64,000 nt of DNA, taken from the NCBI GenBank assembly GCA_965228475.1, contig OZ245817.1:672001-736000 (forward strand). The letters run 5' to 3'. Positions 61,401 through 64,000 of this stretch are shown here, one piece after another. The notes beneath the pieces were generated by a model. That model had not been told where the DNA came from, ran no database searches, and saw only the letters and a list, made by a program, of their open reading frames with translations. How positions within the stretch are numbered: position 1 is the first letter of the stretch; each line of letters starts with the position of its first letter. This DNA comes from Myxococcota bacterium (GTDB lineage: Bacteria; Myxococcota_A; UBA9160; JAFDDA01). The position numbers and the translations under genes are program-made.

Positions 61401-62669
61401 GGAGCAGCCCGTCGAGGGGATCGCCGCGAAGGCGCGCGGCCCGAAGTTCGTGCAGCCGTTCAGGAGGTCGAAGCCCAGGTTCACGACGCTGCCGTCGCTC
61501 GCGACGTTGTTCGGCACGATCGAGCCGTCGCCGTTCTGGATCGAGTTCACCCAGATCGTGTGGTCGTAGTTAGCCGGGTAGTTGTGGTGCTGGGCCTGCT
61601 CGTCCGCCGCACTGGCGATGAGCGGGACCCCGCGTTCGTAGGCGTAGTCCACGGCCTGCTGGCCGACGGGGCCGACGGTAATCGTCCCGAGCGCCTCGGA
61701 GATCACGTCGACGGGCCAGTCGGTGGCGTAGACCGTGGCGCGCGCGAACTCGGTGCCGATCGCCACGAAGCTGTCGGCGACCTTCAGGGGCAGGTAGAGC
61801 TCGTTCGGGGCCGTTCCCGGGAAGCCGCCGCCGTTGTTCGCCTCGCCCGCCTGATCCTGGGCCTCGCCCGTGCCGTGGCCGTAGTCGACGTCGTCGAAGG
61901 GGTCGTTGTCGTCGTCGTGGAAGTCCCAGCCGGCGATGTCGTCGACGTAGCCGTTGCCATCGTTGCCGCCGCCGTAGCCGTCCTGGCCGTCGCTGCAGGC
62001 GCGGATCAGGTCCTGGCCGTCGAGCAGGGTCGGGCTTCCGCCGAGGGCGGCCGAGACCACCGTCGGGCCCGACAGGCCCTGGCAGGTGATGCCGTCGAAG
62101 TCCTCGACGGAGACGAGGCCGTCGCCGTTGCAGTCGTAGCCGGGGCCCGTGCAGGCGACGGGCGGGGAGGCGTCGGCCGGCATCGGAAGCTCTTCGAGGC
62201 GGAGGGCGACCTTGCGGGCGATGTCCGGCGAGCTCCAGCGGATCCCGCTGTCGAGCACGGCGACCACGACGTCGGGCCGCCCGGTCGTCGTCTGCCAGGC
62301 GCGGAGCAGGTTCAGTCCGGACACGAGGCCGTCGGCCGGGCCGCCTTCGATCTCGCCCTGGTACTTCCAGCCGCTGCCGGAGTCCGGGTTGTCCGGATCG
62401 AAGGCGTAGTCGTTCGGAGTTTCGTCGCTCTCGCCGGGTCCGGGGGCCGGGAGGAACAGGTACTCCGCGTAGTCGTCGGCGCCGATGCAGCTCGCGTCGC
62501 CGATCGGGCACTCCGGGTCGCAGGCGTTGTCCGCCCGCGAGCAGGCGGGGTAGGGGAACTCGGCGTGCGCCGCGGGGGCGCCGAGCAGGGCGAGTCCGAA
62601 CGAGAGAGTCGCCGCCCGCAGCCAGGCGCCTCCGGATCGGACCGTCGAAACACCGCGCAGCATCACCAT
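58437..62669 (-). CDS. Large secreted S8 subtilase-like peptidase with FG-GAP repeats
   Basis: Signal peptide; VAVLDSG (Asp), GWDF, YGHGT (His), GCSSEATG (Ser), GYGR; many SSPALADxDxDG / GFPV / GWP repeats; GGAGG SD. Confidence 0.82.
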   Translation of the reverse strand: MVMLRGVSTVRSGGAWLRAATLSFGLALLGAPAAHAEFPYPACSRADNACDPECPIGDASCIGADDYAEYLFLPAPGPGESDETPNDYAFDPDNPDSGSGWKYQGEIEGGPADGLVSGLNLLRAWQTTTGRPDVVVAVLDSGIRWSSPDIARKVALRLEELPMPADASPPVACTGPGYDCNGDGLVSVEDFDGITCQGLSGPTVVSAALGGSPTLLDGQDLIRACSDGQDGYGGGNDGNGYVDDIAGWDFHDDDNDPFDDVDYGHGTGEAQDQAGEANNGGGFPGTAPNELYLPLKVADSFVAIGTEFARATVYATDWPVDVISEALGTITVGPVGQQAVDYAYERGVPLIASAADEQAQHHNYPANYDHTIWVNSIQNGDGSIVPNNVASDGSVVNLGFDLLNGCTNFGPRAFAAIPSTGCSSEATGRSGGVAALIVSHGLNLIDRGLLSSYCDDAGDCDHAAPFSAEEVRQIFRFMTQDIDHTPDGFALNFTPTFDLVAQFVLSNAAVGMDFGTSHFPAGPGWDPITGYGRPDVARLAELVEPDGMGGTTVRIPPEADLAGGLRWFEIVDPEASSSVEVRGSARAVRSTGFDWSLQIGCGWDAGLDEDFVEIGSGFSMTAVEDAVLGSFDPGLIAEACAFDPATPVGEPDEHTVTLRLQVTDVEGNLGEDRRAVAIHHDPTQAWTRHVGASGESSPALADVDRDGVLDIVYATGAGSVHVFDGATGDDLPGFPVFTATLPSGEASPENGFGSGAVDLPREAIGGAVAADDLDGDGGVEIVAVGTQGGIYVWDETGNPRPGFPVQTNPAFSAPENRNRLNDADPGLFSAPTLADLDPAGVDPALEIIAGAMDGYLYAWRADGSLVTGFPVRLADTSLVSVDPNTGASTPLPGTDAKSRARKIIGSPAVGDLTGDGRPEIIVGTTEEYGDSPTVWSAPSSLFGLLATLGFEDELDLDVTSRIYAVDATGEMVDGWPVAVPLLISQLLPSVATGTSTSVALADTDGNGSLEAVVHGYAGPALVVNGAGEPILGDHNGLPRSLAIDFAGGGFPGVPPEAGSADGPFFPTLGSGAFGDIDQDGLPEWVAPTAGFRKLLDVLVPGQQFGGDHQIAAWNADPASLGELVPAFPQPMEDMQFIASPGLADVTGDGVPEVVQGSGTYLVRAFEILDEASEAAAAGVPVGSAVQPAGWPKLTMGWIITSPLAGDVDGDGLVEIVVGTREGDLFVWDTPAPATATSIPWQGFGHDRRNTQNHESNVSPLAAARAPMERLLWTLDSLDAELDAMTATHPELANTFGGQILPWVRGRIAGSLATGQPIPQTDLALALVSLLLPYELEGLMAPLRDRLIASVDDTAEAEIAAVACAGGDAACEACRDDAAAQLAAARTTPNTDFEDVAKRSAALRAAQLCAE

Positions 62670-62847
62670 GGGAACCTCCACCGAACCACTCTTTTACCAC
62701 GGGGCGTCCGCGGCTGAACAGTGGGTCGGTCGGGATTTCCCTCATCGGAACGCGGGTTTCGAGGCTTGGCGTGCATTTCCGGCGATGCCTGCGTGTGATC
62801 GCCGGTGGCTGTGGTACCCCTGCGCCACCTCGGAGAGGAGGCCGCCT

Positions 62848-63123
62848 TTGAACTGGGAAGACACACCCTTCTGGTTGGCATTCGGACTGCTCGGGAACGC
62901 GGCCTTCGCCTCGCGCTTCCTGGTGCAGTGGGTCGCCTCGGAGCGTGCCGGGGAGAGCGTCGTCCCGAAGGCGTTCTGGTACCTGTCGATCGTCGGCTCG
63001 GTGATCCTGCTGATCTACGCCATCCACCTCGAGAACCTGGTCTTCACCCTGGCGTACCTGCCGAACTGCGTCGTCTACGTGCGCAACCTGATGTTGATCC
63101 GCCGCAAGGAGGTCGCGACCTAG
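62848..63123 (+). CDS. Lipid A biosynthesis N-terminal domain (LAB_N) protein
   Basis: FGLLGNAAFASRFLVQWVASERAGESVVPKAFWYLS, YVRNL; TTG start with GAGGAGG SD. Confidence 0.9.
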   Translation: MNWEDTPFWLAFGLLGNAAFASRFLVQWVASERAGESVVPKAFWYLSIVGSVILLIYAIHLENLVFTLAYLPNCVVYVRNLMLIRRKEVAT

Positions 63124-63136
63124 GCCCAGCCAGGGC

Positions 63137-63955
63137 CTACCAGGCGCCCGGGGCGAACATCCCGTCGAGGGCGTGCTGGCGCCGGCGGAGGATCTCCTTC
63201 TGTTCGGCGTGGGTCAGGATGTAGAGATCGTTGCGCTCGATCCCGCGCAGGACGCGCCGGACGACCTCGTCGACTTCGATCACGCCGTTCTGGCCGGCCG
63301 TGATCTCGGTCTGGGTGAGGAGTTCCGGGACCTCCTTCTTGATCGCCTCCGGCCGGAGCCGCGTCGCGTTCTGGTTGATCGGCGTCGCCACGATCATCGG
63401 GCAGAGCACCGAGACGCCGATGCCCTGGTCCGCGACGTCGCGCCGCAGCGCCTCCGAGAGGCCGACCACGGCGAACTTGCTCGCCGCGTAGACCCCGAGG
63501 CCGCGCATGCCGACGAGGCCGGCCATCGACGCCGTGTTGACCACGTGCCCTTCGCCCTGCTCGGCGAGGCGCGGCACGAAGGCCTCGACGCCGTGCACGA
63601 CGCCCCAGAAGTTCACGTCCATCACGAAGCGCCACTCTTCCGGCGAGGCCCTGTGCAGCTCCCCGTAGGAGAAGACGCCGGCGTTGTTGCACACGACGTG
63701 GGCGGCGCCGAAGGCCTCGAAGGTGCGCTCGGCCAGGGCGAAGACGGCATCGCGGTTGGTCACGTCGGTGGGGACGGCGAGCACCTCCGCGCCCTCGGCG
63801 CGCAGCTCCTCGCCAGCCCGTTCGAGTGCCTCCTCGTCGCGGTCCGAAAGGACGAGCTTCGCCCCGCGCGCCGCGAAGCCTGCGGCCAGGCCGCGGCCGA
63901 TGCCGCTCGCCGCGCCCGTCACCACGGCCACGCGTCCTTCGAAGGGGTCGCTCAT
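63137..63955 (-). CDS. SDR family oxidoreductase
   Basis: TGAASGIG, CNNAG, NTASMAG, YAASK. Confidence 0.93.
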   Translation of the reverse strand: MSDPFEGRVAVVTGAASGIGRGLAAGFAARGAKLVLSDRDEEALERAGEELRAEGAEVLAVPTDVTNRDAVFALAERTFEAFGAAHVVCNNAGVFSYGELHRASPEEWRFVMDVNFWGVVHGVEAFVPRLAEQGEGHVVNTASMAGLVGMRGLGVYAASKFAVVGLSEALRRDVADQGIGVSVLCPMIVATPINQNATRLRPEAIKKEVPELLTQTEITAGQNGVIEVDEVVRRVLRGIERNDLYILTHAEQKEILRRRQHALDGMFAPGAW

Positions 63956-64000
63956 CGTTCCATCGCCTTTCCCGCCCGCGGCCACGCATCGTCGTGGACC

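Overview
High-GC chromosomal window from a diderm bacterium. BamD, a lipid A N-terminal-domain protein, PilT, recA-pilT-alaS and DUF1844-ispE-tRNA-Gln-prs-rplY-pth synteny point by inference to a Myxococcota/deltaproteobacterial lineage. Most of it is housekeeping: mreB, mltG-ruvX, pgpA-cinA-thpR-recA, alaS-ispG, pdxR-pdxS-pdxT, rpsF-rplI-dnaB, a peptidoglycan-recycling operon, thiD and mrp. The main highlight is an apparently intact, actinobacterial-style Pup-proteasome locus at the left edge (dop[partial]-pup(GGE)-prcB-prcA-pafA) in this non-actinobacterial host, followed by an AglB/STT3-like oligosaccharyltransferase with a degenerate WWD motif. Other points of interest: an 81-nt near-identical tract shared by dop and pafA; two ~146-bp inverted-repeat elements after mreB; a recurrent leaderless-promoter signature (TANNNT-N6/7-start); a Cys-Gly C-terminal sorting-like signal on two surface proteins; a CxxC leader plus HMA plus beta-barrel metal cassette; an in-frame Pth-NhaA ORF; rpsF with a long charged tail and no rpsR; a GNAT gene broken by an amber codon; and several short tandem duplications. 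No CRISPR array, rRNA, integrase or transposase was recognised. All calls come from reading the sequence by eye; no searches were run.
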